From Comamonas sp. lk (GTDB lineage Bacteria > Pseudomonadota > Gammaproteobacteria > Burkholderiales > Burkholderiaceae_C), in NCBI GenBank assembly GCA_945925985.1, contig CAMELV010000009.1, forward strand, positions 2,569 to 66,568: DNA of 64,000 bases, in the 5' to 3' direction. A program made the position numbers and the translations under genes. Each line of letters starts with the position of its first letter. Positions within the stretch are counted from its first letter, which is position 1. Below are positions 38,728 to 48,573 of the stretch, in pieces. The notes beneath the pieces were generated by a model. That model saw only the letters and a list, made by a program, of their open reading frames with translations, searched no databases and was not told the origin of the DNA.

Positions 38728-40065
38728 TTACGACTTCGGCATTCTTTCTAAAAGCCCTGCGGACACCCGTAATCCATTAAAAACTGACGCCGCAATCCAA
38801 TCCGGAAAACCTTCAGGCAGCCTGCGCCCCATGGCTTCGATCGCCATTGGCGCTGTCTCCAACACCCGCTGAATCACATCCTCTGCGTCGCTCCGATCAA
38901 AGCATTTGCTGGCCATATTGTTGAAGTGCCGTCGCTGAATGTCCTTGAACAAGTAGTGCTTGTTCTTGCCCATAACGGCCATAGCCATCTTGGCCTTGAA
39001 CATCGAAAACTGGTTCGGCCCATTCCCCTCGACCGGCCAGATTGACATCACGTCATACAGCGGAGTGAGCTGATACCGGCCTTGTGGAAGTACCCGGATG
39101 CTGAAATTCTTGGCATGACCGTCCGGTGCTGCCAACATCCAAAACAAGAGCTGAGTCGTCAGGAGGGTGGTGAGGTCCTTCTGTGCTTGGATCGACCCCT
39201 TGAGGACGCCGGCGAGGTCCGACAAACCAGGTCCACCGTCGCTTTCGTACTTGCCGTGCGATGGGACGCCCATGGCCTGACAGAAGTCCTCCTGGGGCAA
39301 GCGCATGATCCAGTCACCGCTGGAATGCCGTTGTCGATCGAACCTTTCCACACTCAACACCTGCTGGCTTCCAAAGGTCAGGATTTCTGTTTTTGCCACT
39401 GGCAGACCGAACTCTGCCAGCAGGTTCATGCAGAGCCATTCGTTCTCTACCGACGTGCTGAAGTCGGCCTGCCGGTGTCCCACCATGCCAATAGGCAGCT
39501 TCAAAATATGGGTCGTAGGCGTTGACCCGTGGGGTCTCATCCACTGACTTTTGTGCCAGAGCAGGGCGGTTTTTTCCTGGGCACCAGCAAGGGAGATGCG
39601 CAGGTCTTTCACGTCTTCCAGGTTGCCCAAGGGACCATCTCGCGTGGTCTGAACCAACAGGGCTTCAATCTCGGATTCAGAGAGAGGTGTGCCCGTGATG
39701 GATTGAACATCAGTGGCCGATTCGTCTTCACCGAGCAACTGCACGGCACCCACACAGTCCCGACCAATTGCCTGGAGCAGGTCAAACGCCTCCGCACCTT
39801 CGGTCTTGAAGCGGGTGGCTATCCGAAGACGAATCGCATCACTGTCGGGCAGCAGGTTATCGAAGAAATTGCGAACGCGTTCTCCCTTGAGGGCGATATC
39901 GCCAGTGAAGGGCAGGGACAGCGAAAGAGGGCGCCCGGCAGCAGAATTCATCCACTCTGTGTCGTACTGCAGGCTGTGCTCGCCACGGCGGTTAAAGGTC
40001 CAGGTGCCGACCCTTTGGCCATTGGTCCAAACGGAGAGGGTGCGGGAATGCGAAGGGCGACCCAT
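38728..40065 (-). CDS. hipA: HipA-family serine/threonine kinase toxin
   Basis: The N-terminal coupling domain (LSVWTNGQRVGTW...), the kinase core and a length of 445 aa fit HipA. It lies directly downstream of an XRE HTH gene. Confidence 0.85.
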   Translation of the reverse strand: MGRPSHSRTLSVWTNGQRVGTWTFNRRGEHSLQYDTEWMNSAAGRPLSLSLPFTGDIALKGERVRNFFDNLLPDSDAIRLRIATRFKTEGAEAFDLLQAIGRDCVGAVQLLGEDESATDVQSITGTPLSESEIEALLVQTTRDGPLGNLEDVKDLRISLAGAQEKTALLWHKSQWMRPHGSTPTTHILKLPIGMVGHRQADFSTSVENEWLCMNLLAEFGLPVAKTEILTFGSQQVLSVERFDRQRHSSGDWIMRLPQEDFCQAMGVPSHGKYESDGGPGLSDLAGVLKGSIQAQKDLTTLLTTQLLFWMLAAPDGHAKNFSIRVLPQGRYQLTPLYDVMSIWPVEGNGPNQFSMFKAKMAMAVMGKNKHYLFKDIQRRHFNNMASKCFDRSDAEDVIQRVLETAPMAIEAMGRRLPEGFPDWIAASVFNGLRVSAGLLERMPKS

Positions 40066-40068
40066 AGA

Positions 40069-40329
40069 TCACCATTCCTGCCCGGTCGGGCTCGACGACT
40101 TGCTTTCCGGAGTCCCTTTGCTTTGCACCACGAGTTCCAATTGCAGGGTGGCGCAAATGGACAGCAGTTGGTCCAGGCGCATGGAGGCCGGATCCAACTC
40201 AATGGCCGACATGCGGCTTTGGCTCAAGTCCAGTCGGCGGGCCAGTTCGGTTTGGGACAGTCCTGCAGACTTGCGAGCTGCTTGCAGGAGGGGGGCAAGT
40301 TGGTCAGAAATGAAGAGAATTTGTTTCAT
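40069..40329 (-). CDS. hipB: HipB-like XRE-family antitoxin
   Basis: The HTH reads LLQAARKSAGLSQTELARRLDLSQSRMSAIE. The ATG at 40329 is 9 nt after GGAGA. Confidence 0.75.
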   Translation of the reverse strand: MKQILFISDQLAPLLQAARKSAGLSQTELARRLDLSQSRMSAIELDPASMRLDQLLSICATLQLELVVQSKGTPESKSSSPTGQEW

Positions 40330-40375
40330 GAAGAGGCTCTCCTGGTGGCGTCGCGCGTGGAGCAGGGTTAGCCGC

Positions 40376-40441
40376 AAAACCGGTATTTTAAATATAGTTG
40401 CTTAAAAGGTAAAAGTAAAATACCCGTCATGCGGGTATTTT
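40376..40441 (-). promoter_or_regulatory. Putative hipBA promoter with two palindromic operators
   Basis: AAAATACCCG tcatg CGGGTATTTT (40417-40441) and AAAACCGGTATTTT (40376-40389) flank a TTTACT-17-TATATT promoter-like element on the minus strand. Confidence 0.4.
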
Positions 40442-40564
40442 GGCGAATTGGAGGACGCAGCTTGAACAAATGCTGTGATGCGACGCCACCTCTTTAAAAT
40501 TGGACTTGTATTGAGGTTGATGCTGCATGGCTTATATTGTTATCACGCGCCTTAAAAACTACCC

Positions 40565-41203
40565 ATGCTGCGTTACCTCACCATCCCCGTTACCCAATTT
40601 CAACAAAACTGCTCGCTGGTCTGGTGCGATGAGACGCTGCAGGCCGCGGTGATCGATCCCGGCGGCGATCTGCCTGTGTTGCTAGACGCCGCCCGGCGCC
40701 TGGCCCTGACGCTGACGCAGATCTGGCAAACCCATGCCCATATTGACCATGCCGGCGGCACCGCCGAGCTGGCCGCGCGGCTGGGCCTGCCCATCATCGG
40801 GCCGCACCCGGGGGATCAGTTCTGGATCGACGGGCTGGCGGAGCAAAGCAAGATGTTTGGTTTTCCGCCCTCGGCCGCCTTCACGCCCACGCGCTGGCTG
40901 CAGGACGGCGACACCGTTACCGTCGGGCATTGCCACTTGGATGTGCGGCATTGCCCGGGGCACACACCGGGGCACGTGGTGTTTCACTCATCCGAGATCG
41001 GGCGGGCTTTTGTGGGTGATGTGCTGTTTGCCGGCTCGATCGGTCGAACCGATTTCCCGCAGGGCGACCACGACACCCTGATCAACAGCATCGTGCAGCG
41101 TCTGTGGCCGATGGGAGACGCCACCGTGTTCATCCCCGGCCACGGCCCCGAGAGCAGCTTTGGCCGCGAGCGCAAGAGCAACCCCTACGTGGGCGGCACC
41201 TGA
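40565..41203 (+). CDS. MBL-fold metallo-hydrolase (glyoxalase II/YcbL-like)
   Basis: The THAHIDH motif is present, and the 212-aa length is typical. Confidence 0.8.
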   Translation: MLRYLTIPVTQFQQNCSLVWCDETLQAAVIDPGGDLPVLLDAARRLALTLTQIWQTHAHIDHAGGTAELAARLGLPIIGPHPGDQFWIDGLAEQSKMFGFPPSAAFTPTRWLQDGDTVTVGHCHLDVRHCPGHTPGHVVFHSSEIGRAFVGDVLFAGSIGRTDFPQGDHDTLINSIVQRLWPMGDATVFIPGHGPESSFGRERKSNPYVGGT

Positions 41204-42333
41204 GGCGGATTGGCTATGGTTACGGCGCCACGTAGCCCCTGCAGACTTCTCCAGCTGCGCACCTGAACGCCTTGCCGGGCCATGGTGTCGTCGCCGCCAT
41301 AGACCAGTTGCGCTGGTAGCGCCGTGGGCCCGGCATAGCGCATCCACTTGGTCAGTCCGGTCACAAAATCGGCGTTGAACGTCTGCCCGGATTTGATTTC
41401 CACCGGCGTCAGAAAGTCGCCCTGTTCAATCAGCAGGTCTACCTCGTCGCCGGTGTTGTTGCGCCAGAAGTACAAGTTGGACGGCAAACCCTGGTTGAAG
41501 CGCTGCTTCAAGAACTCGCTGATGACCAGGTTTTCAAAAAGCGCGCCACGCGCAGAGTGAATTGACAGGTGGGCGGCGTCTTGGATACCCATCAGATAGG
41601 CGGCCAGGCCGGTGTCGTGAAAATAGAGCTTGGGTGTCTTGACCAGTCGTTTGCCAAAGTTCTTGTGATGCGGTTGCAGCAGGAAAATCACGTAGCCGGC
41701 CTCCAGCACCGACAGCCAGGCGCCGATAGTTTTGTGGGTAACACCGCAATCGTTGGCCAGGCCGGTCATGTTGAGAAGTTGCCCACACCGTGCGGCGCAC
41801 ATCTTTAAAAAACGCTGAAACAGGCTTAGATTTTGTACTTCAATCAGCTGACGAACATCGCGCTCCACATAGGTCATGACATAGTTGGCCAACCAGCGCT
41901 CGGGCGCCAGTTGCCGGTCGTGGATGGGCGGGTAGAAGCCGCGCCACAGCAACTCGTCCAGGCTTGGTACGGGCAGGGGGCCGCTGCCAAGCTCCTGCAA
42001 TGAGAATGGCAGCAATTGCACCAGGCCCATTCGGCCTGCCAGGGTTTGCGTGATGGTTGACAACAGACCAAATTGCTGCGAACCGGTCAGCACAAACTCT
42101 GCCATCCGCCGATGTGCGTCGACCCTCGTCTGCAAGTAAGAGAACAGCGACGGGCAGCGCTGCACTTCGTCGAGGATGGCGCCGTCCGGCAGGCGTGCCA
42201 GAAAACCGCGAGGGTCGTCTTGGGCAAATGCCCGGGTGTCGGGGTCTTCCAATGACACATAGCGCTTGTCCGGAAACGTGCTTTGAGCCAGCGTGGTTTT
42301 GCCCGCCTGGCGCGGCCCGGTGATCGCAATCAC
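41185..42333 (-). CDS. AAA+ ATPase with DUF4143 C-terminal domain (second copy; true start uncertain)
   Basis: The P-loop is GPRQAGKTT. N-terminal homology to the first copy continues 18 codons upstream of the first canonical start, up to ATT ATT at 42387. Confidence 0.75.
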   Translation of the reverse strand: MIAITGPRQAGKTTLAQSTFPDKRYVSLEDPDTRAFAQDDPRGFLARLPDGAILDEVQRCPSLFSYLQTRVDAHRRMAEFVLTGSQQFGLLSTITQTLAGRMGLVQLLPFSLQELGSGPLPVPSLDELLWRGFYPPIHDRQLAPERWLANYVMTYVERDVRQLIEVQNLSLFQRFLKMCAARCGQLLNMTGLANDCGVTHKTIGAWLSVLEAGYVIFLLQPHHKNFGKRLVKTPKLYFHDTGLAAYLMGIQDAAHLSIHSARGALFENLVISEFLKQRFNQGLPSNLYFWRNNTGDEVDLLIEQGDFLTPVEIKSGQTFNADFVTGLTKWMRYAGPTALPAQLVYGGDDTMARQGVQVRSWRSLQGLRGAVTIANPPQVPPT

Positions 42334-42461
42334 CGGATAACCTTTGGCAAGTTCCAGAAGTGTGGCGGTCGCTTGGCGGGTAATAATTTTACAAATTGGT
42401 AATTGAATTACCGTATTGTAAATTGAATAGAAAGCCGCGCCAACTTAAGCGGGCCGGGGGA

Positions 42462-43271
42462 TCAGTTGGTCTTGACGCGCTCGTACAGCGGCATCACCCT
42501 GGGCAGATTGGCCTCGATGTCGCCGATGCGGGTGGTGCCGGAGGGGTGGGTGGACAGCCACTGCGGTGGCGCGCCCTTGTTGGCAGCACTCATTTTTTGC
42601 CAAAGGGTCACACCCGCGCGCGGGTCGTAGCCGGCGCGGGCGGCCAACTCCATGCCAACCAGATCGGCCTCAGACTCGTTGTCGCGGCTGAACTGCAAGG
42701 TGAGCAATTGCGCGCTGTAGTTGGTGACGGTTTGCCCGATCTGGCCCAGCCCAAGCATCTGCGTCAGCAGGCTGGCCCCGATGTTGGTGGCGGCACTTTT
42801 GCCCATCCGTTCTCGCGCGTGCTCACGCAAAGCATGGGCCACTTCGTGGCCCATTACCATCGCCACCTCGTCGTCGGTCAGCTTGAGCTGGTCCAGGATG
42901 CCGGTGTAAAACGCAATTTTGCCGCCGGGCATGCAATAGGCGTTGATCTGCTTGCTGCCGATCAGGTTCACCTCCCACTGCCAGTTGCTGGCGCGGGGGT
43001 TCCATTGCAGTGCATGGGGAATGATCTTGGCTGCAATGGCGCGCAAGCGCAGCAACTGCGGATGGTCTTTGCCGGCCAAGGCCTTTTTTTCACTGGCTTC
43101 CTGCAGCATTTGCTGGTACTGCTCCGCCGACGAGCGCTCTACACTGTCAGCCGGCACCAGGTTGCTGAAGGCCGAATTTCTGCCAACATCCACGCCCTCG
43201 CGCGTCTGAGCCGTGGCCGGTAGCCCGATGAAAAAGGCCAAAGCGAGTGCCAAGGCGGGGGCAGACGCCAT
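42462..43271 (-). CDS. M48 family metallopeptidase, secreted/lipoprotein-like
   Basis: The HExxH motif is HEVAHALREH. The ATG at 43271 gives the signal peptide MASAPALALALAFFIGLPATA. Codons upstream of it are AT-rich and atypical. Confidence 0.75.
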   Translation of the reverse strand: MASAPALALALAFFIGLPATAQTREGVDVGRNSAFSNLVPADSVERSSAEQYQQMLQEASEKKALAGKDHPQLLRLRAIAAKIIPHALQWNPRASNWQWEVNLIGSKQINAYCMPGGKIAFYTGILDQLKLTDDEVAMVMGHEVAHALREHARERMGKSAATNIGASLLTQMLGLGQIGQTVTNYSAQLLTLQFSRDNESEADLVGMELAARAGYDPRAGVTLWQKMSAANKGAPPQWLSTHPSGTTRIGDIEANLPRVMPLYERVKTN

Positions 43272-43360
43272 CCGCCAAGGCCTAGCGCGGCGGGCAGGGT
43301 TTGAATCAGTGCGTGTAGGGGTTAGCATATATTTCATACGTCGACACGTATTATTCTCCA

Positions 43361-44686
43361 ATGTCACCAGATACCGCCATCACCACCCAAATCAAGCCCA
43401 CTTGGCTCGCCACCTTCAAGGTTTACCTCGAGCCGCCCACGCTGCGCATGCTGGCGCTGGGCTTTTCAGCCGGGCTGCCCCTGCTGCTGGTACTGGGCAC
43501 CCTGAGTTTCTGGCTGCGTGAGGCCGGCGTTGACCGCACCACCATTGGTTACCTGAGCTGGGTCGGGCTGGCCTACGCCTTCAAATGGGTCTGGGCGCCG
43601 CTGGTCGACCGCCTGCCGATTCCGGTCCTGACCCGGCTTTTGGGGCGGCGGCGCAGTTGGTTGCTGTTTTCGCAGTTGGCCATCATGGCCGGGCTGGTGG
43701 CTATGTCGTTCAACGATCCGCAGCAGTCCTTGCAGCCCGTGGTGTGGGGCGCGCTGGCGGTGGCCTTTGGCTCGGCCACGCAAGACATTGCGCTGGACGC
43801 CTACCGCATCGAATCCGCCGATACCGACCGCCAGGCTGCGCTCGCTGCGGCCTACCAGACCGGCTACCGGCTGGCCATGATCTGGGCGGGCGCCGGCGTG
43901 CTGTGGATTGCTGCACGTGCCGAGGTGGCGCAGGCCGCCAACTACCAGTTTGCCGCCTGGCAAACCGCCTACCTGGTGATGGCGGCCAGCATGGCGGTGG
44001 GCGCGCTCACTGTGCTTCTGTCGCCCGAGCCCGCGCACGCACCGGTGCCGGTGGCGCGCAACCTGGGTGACTGGTTGCGCAGTGCGTTGGTCGAGCCCTT
44101 TGCTGATTTTTTGCGCCGTTACCAATGGCAAGCGGCATTGATCCTGGCGTTGATCGCCATCTACCGCATCAGCGACGTGGTGATGGGCATCATGGCCAAC
44201 CCCTTCTACGTGGACATGGGCTACACCAAGGCCGAAGTGGCCGCCGTGACCAAGATTTACGGCGTGATCATGACGCTGGTGGGTGCCTTTGTCGGCGGGG
44301 CGTTGGCGATGCGGCTGGGGGTGATGCGGGTGCTGATGCTGGGCGCGGTGTTGAGCGCCGCCAGCAACCTGCTGTTTGCCCTGCTGAGCACGCGCGGGCA
44401 CGACCTTACCGGCTTGATTTGGGTGATCTCGGCCGACAACCTGGCCAGCGGCATCGCCTCGGCGGCCTTTATTGCCTACCTGTCGAGCCTGACCAATATC
44501 AGCTACTCGGCCACCCAATATGCGCTGTTCAGTTCCATGATGCTGCTGTTGCCCAAGTTTTTGGCCGGCTACTCCGGCCGCTACGTGGACGCTTTTGGTT
44601 ACCCTAATTTCTTCATCGCCACGGCCCTGCTGGGGGTGCCAGTGCTGTTGCTGGTGTGGCTGGCCTCGCGCATCCGGCTGCGCTGA
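43361..44686 (+). CDS. ampG: AmpG family muropeptide MFS transporter
   Basis: The N-terminal pattern LRMLALGFSAGLPLLLVLGTLSFWLREAG and the multi-TM layout fit AmpG. Confidence 0.8.
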   Translation: MSPDTAITTQIKPTWLATFKVYLEPPTLRMLALGFSAGLPLLLVLGTLSFWLREAGVDRTTIGYLSWVGLAYAFKWVWAPLVDRLPIPVLTRLLGRRRSWLLFSQLAIMAGLVAMSFNDPQQSLQPVVWGALAVAFGSATQDIALDAYRIESADTDRQAALAAAYQTGYRLAMIWAGAGVLWIAARAEVAQAANYQFAAWQTAYLVMAASMAVGALTVLLSPEPAHAPVPVARNLGDWLRSALVEPFADFLRRYQWQAALILALIAIYRISDVVMGIMANPFYVDMGYTKAEVAAVTKIYGVIMTLVGAFVGGALAMRLGVMRVLMLGAVLSAASNLLFALLSTRGHDLTGLIWVISADNLASGIASAAFIAYLSSLTNISYSATQYALFSSMMLLLPKFLAGYSGRYVDAFGYPNFFIATALLGVPVLLLVWLASRIRLR

Positions 44687-44768
44687 CGCAAAGTCCATGG
44701 GCTGGCGGGTTTACTTAACTTTACGGCCACTTCAAGCCACAGACTGCTGGCGGGCCTAGACTGTTCTT

Positions 44769-45473
44769 ATGAGCCAACAACTGTTGATGATCGAGGACGA
44801 CGCGCGGCTGGCCCGGATGGTGGCCGATTACCTGGGGCAATCGGGCTTTGGCGTCAGCATCGCGGGTGACGGGCAGCATGGCCTGGCGGCGGTGCAGGCC
44901 AGCGCGCCAGATCTGGTGATTCTGGACCTGATGCTGCCTGACATGGATGGCCTGGAGGTGTGCCGTCGCATCCGGGCGCTACCCGGGGCCCTAGCGCGCA
45001 CACCGGTCCTGATGCTCACAGCCAAGGGCGACCCGATGGACCGCATCATTGGCCTGGAAATTGGCGCCGACGACTACCTGCCCAAGCCGTTTGAGCCGCG
45101 TGAGCTGCTGGCACGCATTCGTGCCGTGCTGCGCCGGCATGTGGATGGTCCGCCCGCTGAGCACGCGGTGCTGCGCTTTGGCAGCCTGAACATCGACCAG
45201 GACGCCCGAACAGTGACCGTTGGCGGCCAGGCTTGTGAGCTGACCTCTTACCAGTTTGACCTGCTGCTGGCCCTGGCTGAGCGGGCCGGTCGGGTGCTCA
45301 GCCGTGACCAGATCATGGAGGCGGTGCGTGGCCGTGAGCTCGATGCCTTTGACCGCTCGATTGACGTGCACATGGGGCGCATACGCGCCGCCATCGAGCT
45401 CGACGTCAAGAATCCCAAACGCATCCTCACCGTGCGCGGTGTGGGCTATGTGTTTGCCCGGCAACAGGACTGA
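44769..45473 (+). CDS. OmpR-family response regulator
   Basis: Receiver domain (DLVILDLMLPDMDG) plus a wHTH ending TVRGVGY. Confidence 0.9.
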   Translation: MSQQLLMIEDDARLARMVADYLGQSGFGVSIAGDGQHGLAAVQASAPDLVILDLMLPDMDGLEVCRRIRALPGALARTPVLMLTAKGDPMDRIIGLEIGADDYLPKPFEPRELLARIRAVLRRHVDGPPAEHAVLRFGSLNIDQDARTVTVGGQACELTSYQFDLLLALAERAGRVLSRDQIMEAVRGRELDAFDRSIDVHMGRIRAAIELDVKNPKRILTVRGVGYVFARQQD

Positions 45474-45475
45474 GC

Positions 45476-46765
45476 GTGTTCTTCAAAAAGCTGTATGTGC
45501 GGATCTGGCTGTCCGTGGTGCTGGCCGTGGCGGTACTGACCTTATTGGTCGGCTGGGCCTGGCGGCTGGCGGCCGAGCCGCCGCTGCGCGAGGTGGTGCT
45601 GCGCAACCAGGCGGGTGAGATCATTGGACAGGGGCGCCCGCGCACGATGCGCCGGGCGCCAGCGGCGGAGGGCCGGCCGGTCGATGCAGAGCGTGACGAT
45701 GAGCCTGATGTTGCACGACGCCTGCCCGGGCCGCGCGGTCATTTCGGCAATGGCCCCGAATTTGTGGTCCGCATGCAAGACGGCCAGACCCTGCACATGC
45801 ACATGCCGCGCCCGCCGCCGTCGGTCTGGTACCGGCCGCCCTTTGGCTTTTTTTGGTCTCTGTTGCTGGTGGCGGTCGCCGTGGCCCTGGCCACCTACCC
45901 GATCACCCGCAAGCTGACGCGGCGGCTGGAGCGCTTGCAAAACGGGGTGCAGCAGTGGGGCGAGGGCGATTTGTCCACCCGCGTCAATGAGTCGGGCCAA
46001 GACGAGGTCGCCTACCTGGCACGGCGATTCAACCAGGCGGCCGAGCGGGTGCAAACTCTGGTTCAGTCGCATGAGGCGCTGTTGGCCTCACAAAAATCGT
46101 TGCTGGCCAACGCCTCGCACGAGCTGCGCTCGCCGCTGACGCGCATCCGCATGGGCCTGGAGTTGATGGGCGGCGAAGCATCGCCGGCGTCACGCCTTGA
46201 AATCTCACGAAACATCACCGAACTTGACCAACTGATTGAGGAAATCCTGCTGGCCAGCCGGCTTGACGCCCGCGAAGCCAATTTGGGCACGGTGGAGTCG
46301 GTCGACCTGATCGGGCTGTCGGCCGAAGAGTGCGCCCGCGTTGGAGCGGAGCTGCTGCTCGACCTGAACCCAGCATGGCGCGCCGCCCCAACCGCAGCAA
46401 CGGGCGATGCGGCCCTGCCGGTTCAGGGGGTGGCCAAGCTGCTGCGCCGCGCGGTACGCAACCTGCTGGAAAATGCCCACCGCCATGCCGCCGGCACCAT
46501 CACCCTCGAACTCAGCCAGGCGGCCGGGCGAGCCGTGATCCGGGTCAGCGACCACGGACCGGGTGTGCCGGTCGATTTGCGCGAACGCATCTTTGAGCCC
46601 TTTTACCGCTTGCCCGGGGCGACCGAGCGCGATGGTGGCGTTGGCCTTGGGCTGGCGCTGGTCAAGTCCATCACCCTGCGTCATGGCGGCAGCGTGCACT
46701 GCGAAGACCGCGCCGGTGGCGGCGCTTGTTTTGTGATGCAGCTGCCCTTGGATCGCAGCGCCTAG
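45476..46765 (+). CDS. Sensor histidine kinase (HAMP-HisKA-HATPase)
   Basis: The H-box is ASHELRSPLT. N, G1 and G2 boxes are present (NLLENAHRH, DHGPGV, GLGLAL). Confidence 0.85.
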   Translation: MFFKKLYVRIWLSVVLAVAVLTLLVGWAWRLAAEPPLREVVLRNQAGEIIGQGRPRTMRRAPAAEGRPVDAERDDEPDVARRLPGPRGHFGNGPEFVVRMQDGQTLHMHMPRPPPSVWYRPPFGFFWSLLLVAVAVALATYPITRKLTRRLERLQNGVQQWGEGDLSTRVNESGQDEVAYLARRFNQAAERVQTLVQSHEALLASQKSLLANASHELRSPLTRIRMGLELMGGEASPASRLEISRNITELDQLIEEILLASRLDAREANLGTVESVDLIGLSAEECARVGAELLLDLNPAWRAAPTAATGDAALPVQGVAKLLRRAVRNLLENAHRHAAGTITLELSQAAGRAVIRVSDHGPGVPVDLRERIFEPFYRLPGATERDGGVGLGLALVKSITLRHGGSVHCEDRAGGGACFVMQLPLDRSA

Positions 46766-46804
46766 TCGGGCGTCACGAAAACTTATTTTTGCAATAAAAA
46801 GTGT

Positions 46805-46997
46805 TGCTGTATCCCCCAAAAGGGGGATGGCGCCCAGGCATTCTGCGAGATAAAGTGCCCCCACTGCTGTCACAGTCATCCTGGTTTTTGACGGGCAAGC
46901 CACATCAGACTGGCACTTTTATCAAAAACCAAGGTTTCCAACGACGTCCCCTGGGGGGACCTTTACAAAGCCAACCCTCACCGGTTGGCTTTTTTTT
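46805..46997 (+). ncRNA. Candidate structured small RNA or leader (unclassified)
   Basis: Three hairpins (46811-46828, 46880-46934, 46946-46960) precede a strong terminator. No convincing ORF is present. Confidence 0.25.
46968..46997 (+). terminator. Rho-independent terminator
   Basis: AAGCCAACC ctcacc GGTTGGCTT followed by TTTTTTT. Confidence 0.7.
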
Positions 46998-47120
46998 GGC
47001 CCCGGGCAGGCGTGGCTGCTTGACAGTTAAGCCCACCTTAATCTGAGCTCGCTATGGTCGGTGCTGCTTCTGCTGGCGTCTACCGTGGCATGAAGCGGCA
47101 AATCAACCAAGGATGTTCAA

Positions 47121-48557
47121 ATGACTGTGATCAATTTCGGCCGAGTCGCCAAGTTCCGTTGGGTCGCTGTGGGCCTGGCCAGCAGCATGCTGGTCACCGC
47201 CTGTGGTGGTGGCGGCAGTCTGTCGGCAGACCTGCCCACGCCCACACCGCTGGCAGCTGCAGCGGTGTATGCCGGGCCCATCGCCGGCTTTGGCTCGGTG
47301 ATCGTGAACGGCATGCGTTTCTCATCGGTCGGTGCAGACCTGGTCGACGACGACAACCAAGCCATCGAGTTGCAGGACCTGGCAATTGGCATGACGGTGC
47401 GCGTCAGCGGCGACGCGGACGACAGCACCCAGCTCGGTACTGCCCGCAAGCTCGAGGTGGTGCGGGGGACCCGCGGCGCCGTGACGGCGGTGGACCAAGG
47501 TGCCAGCACCCTGACGTTATTGGGTCAGGTGGTGCGCACCGATACGGCCACTGCTTTTCAGGGCTTGGCCAATTTGGCGGCCCTGACGGTGGGGCAAATG
47601 GTCGAGGTCTACGGCGCGACCCAGGCCGACGGCAGCCTGCTGGCCACGCTGGTGGAAACCAAGGCGGCACTGGGTGGCGTTCGTTTGACGGGGGTGGTGC
47701 AGGGCTTGAATGTGCCGGCCACCACGTTCCAGGTTGGCAACTTGACCGTGAAATATGACACCGCCCAGGTCACGGGCGTGCTGCGTGACGGGCAGTCGGT
47801 GCGGGTCAGAGCCGCCAGTGAGCCGGTGAGCGGGGTGCTCACGGCCACTTCGGTGCGCAGCGCCGCTGTGGGTGTCATAGATGGCAGCACGGTCAGCGCG
47901 GGTACGCGGATGAAGGTCAAAGGCATTGCCTTGGCGGCGCCGGTCAATGGTCAGTTCCAGATTTCCGGGACCACGGTGGACCTGTCGCAGGCGCAGATCA
48001 AGTCAAGCAGCGGCAACACCAGTATTCTTGCTGGGCAGGTTGTGGAAGCCAAAGGACTCTGGAATGGCACCCTGTTGCAGGCCACCGACATGGAGCTCGA
48101 AGGCTATCGGGAAAGTCAGCTGGGCGGGCGTCATGAACTGTACGGTGCCGTCAGCAGCCTCAACGGCAACATGGCGGTGGTCAATGGTGTCACGGTGGAC
48201 TTGGCCCGCGGACGTTTCGGGCAGGGCAGCTCGGCGCAGGTCGCGGTGGGCAGTTACGTCGAAATCAAAGGCAATCTGGCGGGCAACGTCTTGCAGGCCA
48301 ACAAGGTCGAGTTGAAATCATTGGCAACCGCCAGTGGCATCAGCTACGAGCAGTTTGGTCCAGTGACTGACTTTGTGTCGGTGGCCAACTTCCGGCTCAA
48401 TGGCTTGCAGGTCGATGCCTCGCGCGCGCGCTTCGAACACGTCGGTGCCGCGGGTCTGGCGAATGCGGTTTATCTTGAGGTCAAGGGCGTGCAGGACAGC
48501 CGTGGGGTTTTCATGGCCAGCAAGGTCGAGCTCAAGTCGCGGTCGTCGCGGGACTGA
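47121..48557 (+). CDS. DUF5666 repeat lipoprotein
   Basis: AAGGA lies 7 nt before the ATG. The lipobox is LVTAC. Segments of the form G.I..vd.....l.v.G..V..d..T.f......l..G..VEV.G are repeated. Confidence 0.7.
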   Translation: MTVINFGRVAKFRWVAVGLASSMLVTACGGGGSLSADLPTPTPLAAAAVYAGPIAGFGSVIVNGMRFSSVGADLVDDDNQAIELQDLAIGMTVRVSGDADDSTQLGTARKLEVVRGTRGAVTAVDQGASTLTLLGQVVRTDTATAFQGLANLAALTVGQMVEVYGATQADGSLLATLVETKAALGGVRLTGVVQGLNVPATTFQVGNLTVKYDTAQVTGVLRDGQSVRVRAASEPVSGVLTATSVRSAAVGVIDGSTVSAGTRMKVKGIALAAPVNGQFQISGTTVDLSQAQIKSSSGNTSILAGQVVEAKGLWNGTLLQATDMELEGYRESQLGGRHELYGAVSSLNGNMAVVNGVTVDLARGRFGQGSSAQVAVGSYVEIKGNLAGNVLQANKVELKSLATASGISYEQFGPVTDFVSVANFRLNGLQVDASRARFEHVGAAGLANAVYLEVKGVQDSRGVFMASKVELKSRSSRD

Positions 48558-48573
48558 GCCCATCGGCGAGATC

